Positions 60,970 through 64,000 of a stretch of DNA of 64,000 bases are shown here, piece after piece. The notes beneath the pieces were generated by a model. That model had not been told where the DNA came from. It saw only the letters and a program-made list of their open reading frames with translations, and ran no database searches. Source of the stretch: Chiloscyllium plagiosum (Eukaryota). The stretch spans positions 13,232,007-13,296,006 of the forward strand of contig NC_057752.1 in NCBI RefSeq assembly GCF_004010195.1, given 5' to 3'. Position numbers and translations under genes: made by a program. Position 1 is the first letter of the stretch. Each line of letters begins with the position of its first letter.

Positions 60970-63660
60970 TGATTTGGAGATGCCGGTGTTGGACTGGGGT
61001 GGACAAAGTTAAAAATTACACCACACCAGGTTACAGTCCAACAGGTTTAATTGGAAGCACTAGCTTTCGGAGCGCTGCCCCTTCATCAGGTGGTTGTGCT
61101 CCGCTCAGATAATGCATTGAAGATGGAAGGTTAAGGTCTGTCCCAATGTTCAGACAGGTTCTATTTCTTAAAGGGATTTACAGAATCTTACATTGATTCA
61201 TGCAGTTTTTGAGCAAAGTAAAATGTAATCCTGTAAGTACAAATTCACCCCACAAACGTGTGTGTGTCGGGGAGTGGGGGGGGCGCGGTGATGAGAGTGT
61301 AAAGAGGTATATGTCTGCGAGAGGGTCTGCGTGTGTGGGTATGAATGTAAGGGGTGTGTATGTGTGAGCGTATGAGAGAGAGAGCTTATGTATGACAGAC
61401 GGTCTGTGTGAGTGTGTGTGATGCAATGGGGTCACCTGAATGTGACGTGAACTCAAGGTCCTGGTTGAGGCCATCCCCATGAGTACCGAATTTGGCTATC
61501 AGCCTCTGCTCGACCGATCTTCGCTGTTGTCTGTCCCAAAGTCCACCTTGGAGGGCGGTCACCCAAAGGTCTGAGGTCAAATGTCCCAGACCGCTGAAGT
61601 GTTCTCTGACTGGGAGGGAGCACTCCTGTCTGGTGATTGGTGTGCGGTGCCCATTCATCCATTGCCGTAGCCTCTGCTCAGTCTCACCAATGTACCGTGC
61701 CTCAGGACATCCTTGCCTGCAGCGTATGAGGTAGACAACATTGGCTGAGTCACATGAGTACCTGCCACGTACATGGTGGGAGGTGTCCCCACGTGTAATG
61801 GTGGTATCCCTGTCGACACTCTGACACGTCCTGCAGCATCTACTGTGACAGGGTTGTATGGAGTTATCCTGAAGGCCAGGCAGTTTGCTATGAACCGTGA
61901 TCTGTTTGAGGTTTAGTGGTTGTTTAAAGGCGAGAGGTGGAGGTGTGGGGAAGGTCTTGGTGAGGTGCTCATCCTCATTGATAATGTGTTGCAGGCTGTG
62001 AAGAACATGGCGTAGTTTTTCAGCTCCTGGGAAATACTGACCAACGAAGGGTACCCTGTCGGTTGCAGCACGTGTCTGTCTCCTGAGGAGGTCATTATGG
62101 TTTCTCGCTGTGGCACGTCGGAATTGGCGGTCGATGAATTGAGCATCGTACCCCGTTCTTATGAGGGCATCCCTGAGTACTTCCAGGTGCCCGTCACATT
62201 CCTCCACATTTGAGCAGATCCGGTGTACGCGTAGGGCTTGTCCAGAGGGGACGGCTGTTTTAATATGTTTCGAATGGAAGCTGGAGAAGTGTAGCATTGT
62301 GAGGTTATCCATGGGTTTGCGGTAGAGTGTGGTGCTGAGGTGCCAGTCCTTGATGGAGATACATGTGTCCAAGAATGAGACAGATGGTAGAGAGTAGTCC
62401 GTGGTGAGTTTGATGGTGGGATGAAACATGTTGATATCACTGTAGTTGTTTCTCCTTGCCATGCGTCCAGAGGAAGAAACTGTTGTCAATATGTACGGTG
62501 TATAGTGTTGGTTGGTGTATAGTGTTGCGCAGAGAAGAAGTCTTGTTAAAACCTGTGCATGAAAATGGTGGCATATTGTGGGTACAAATTTCATCCCCAT
62601 GGCTGTTCCATGTGTCTGGATGAAGAACTGGTTGTCAAAGGTGAAAACGTTGTGATCAAGGATAAAGCAGATGAGTTGTAGGATGGTGTTTGGAGATTGG
62701 CAGTTGTTGGTGTTGAGTACTGAGGCTGTTGCCGCGATGCCATCATTGTGGGGGATGCTGAGGAATGTTCCCGGTTTGACTAGTCCGTGGGTGCTGAGTT
62801 TCTGTAAGAAATCTGTAGTGTCGCGACAGAAGCTGGAGATTCCCTGTACAATAGGTTTCAAGATGCCTTCCACATAGCTGGAGAGATTCTCACACAGGGT
62901 CCCATTGCCCGATACGATGGGACGTCCTGATGTGTTGGCTTTGTGTACCTTTGGAAGGCAGTAGAAGTTGCCTACGCGAGAAGTACGTGGGATGAAGGTG
63001 CGTAGGGAACTCTGAAGGACTGGATCCAAAGTCCTGATGAATGTTTTTAGTTCACTGGTGTGCTGTTTGGTCGGATCAGCCGGTAGTTGCCTGTAGTGTT
63101 CCCGGTTATTCAGTTGTCGGTACACTTCCTTGCAGTAGTCCGTTCCATTCTGAATGACAATGGCTCTTCCTTTTTCTGCTGGTTAGATGACAATGTTGCG
63201 ATTTGGTTTTGAGAGCATGGATGGCGTTGCGTTGTGATCAAGCGATATTCTGCTCTACTTTGTGGGTACAGCTGACGAATCTGGCATTTATATATTTCCT
63301 GACGGTTTGAGCATACATAGGCAAAAGTGAGGACTGCAGATGCTGGAGATCAGAGTCTAGATTAGAGTAGTGCTGGAAAAGCACAGCAGGTCAGGCAGCA
63401 TCCATGGAGTAGGAAAATCGACATTTTGGGCAAAAGCCCCTGAATGAAAGGTTTGAGCATACGTGTCAAGCCCAGGGCAACAGCCCTCCGGTGGGGTCCA
63501 AGTTGCCCCTCTACAGATCTCTTTGATGACTGACTGTGTTCCAGTTTGTCAGTGGGCTCATTGGGATCACTGCTGGCATCTTGAAAAAATTCCGAGTGTC
63601 TCATCCGTGTGATGAATTCCTCCATGTCCATAGGGTCCGTTTTGGTGGTGGCAGAATCCT
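60970..63660 (-). mobile_element. Penelope-like element family B (Neptune-like): RT, Cys linker and GIY-YIG endonuclease; probably inactive
   Basis: ORF 61386-63125: FYCLPKVHK...GRPIVS, GTAMG, LYRKP, QPCHSRCCRTC and VVYLIRC...YIGET...RLRQWMNGH. The catalytic motif is out of frame and mutated (HIDN). A family A insert at 63317-63449 has the 13-bp TSD GGTTTGAGCATAC. Confidence 0.95.
61058..61092 (-). ncRNA. Minimal hammerhead ribozyme in the terminus of the coding PLE (family B)
   Basis: CAC-CUGAUGA-A-GGGGC-AGC-GCUCC-GAAA-GC-UA-GUG; one G-U wobble in helix II. Confidence 0.8.
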
Positions 63661-63967
63661 AGTATCCCTACAGTGTGGAAGCAGGGATACACACCAAATC
63701 TCCGAAGAGCATCCTGCACTGACCCACCCCACCTTACCCAACCCTGCAACCCTCATGGCCAATCCATCAACCTTCACCTCCCTGAACATTATTAGTATTT
63801 AGCATAGCTAATCCAACTTAACCTGCACATCTTTGGACTGTGGGAGGAAACCAGAGCACCCAGACACAGGGAGAATGTGCAAACTCCACACAGACAGTCA
63901 ACAGAGGGTGGAATCGGACCCGGGTCCCTGGCGCCGTGAGGCAGTAGTGCTAACCACTGAGCCACCG
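63660..63967 (-). mobile_element. HE1-like SINE interrupting the 5' part of the PLE ORF
   Basis: GGTGGCTCAGTGGTTAGCAC head at about 63967; CR1-like tail at about 63660. Confidence 0.85.
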
Positions 63968-64000
63968 TTTTGAAAAGTCGGTTTTTGTTGATGTTTGTCC

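Noticed and set aside
61386..63125. Active or domesticated reverse transcriptase gene
   Set aside because: The catalytic motif is out of frame and mutated, and the 5' ORF is interrupted by a PLE insert and a SINE.

Overview
Repeat-rich vertebrate DNA, almost certainly from a cartilaginous fish (shark), judged from the HE1-like tRNA-derived SINEs, their partner CR1/HER1-like LINEs and Deu-domain SINE relics. There is an assembly gap at 8900-9721. The only host coding sequence I can support is the main exon of an Sp5-like (Sp/buttonhead) zinc-finger transcription factor on the minus strand (27076-28048). Its candidate promoter and first exon lie near 40.7-41.5 kb. A second CpG-rich promoter sits at about 1.2-1.85 kb. 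The rest is nested, mostly decayed mobile DNA: CR1, L2-like, Rex1/Babar, an L1 ORF1-only element, Gypsy remnants and solo LTRs, a Tc1/mariner-type MITE, and many Penelope-like elements (PLEs; RT plus GIY-YIG). The most notable hidden structure is at the RNA level. The PLE termini carry minimal hammerhead ribozymes (CUGANGA...GAAA) of at least three distinct sequence families. These include a 382-bp near-perfect hairpin with a ribozyme on each arm inside the putative sp5l intron, and many tiny terminus-only insertions flanked by 7-14 bp target-site duplications. PLE hammerheads are known in general; whether these shark families are described needs a database check. Most element boundaries are approximate.
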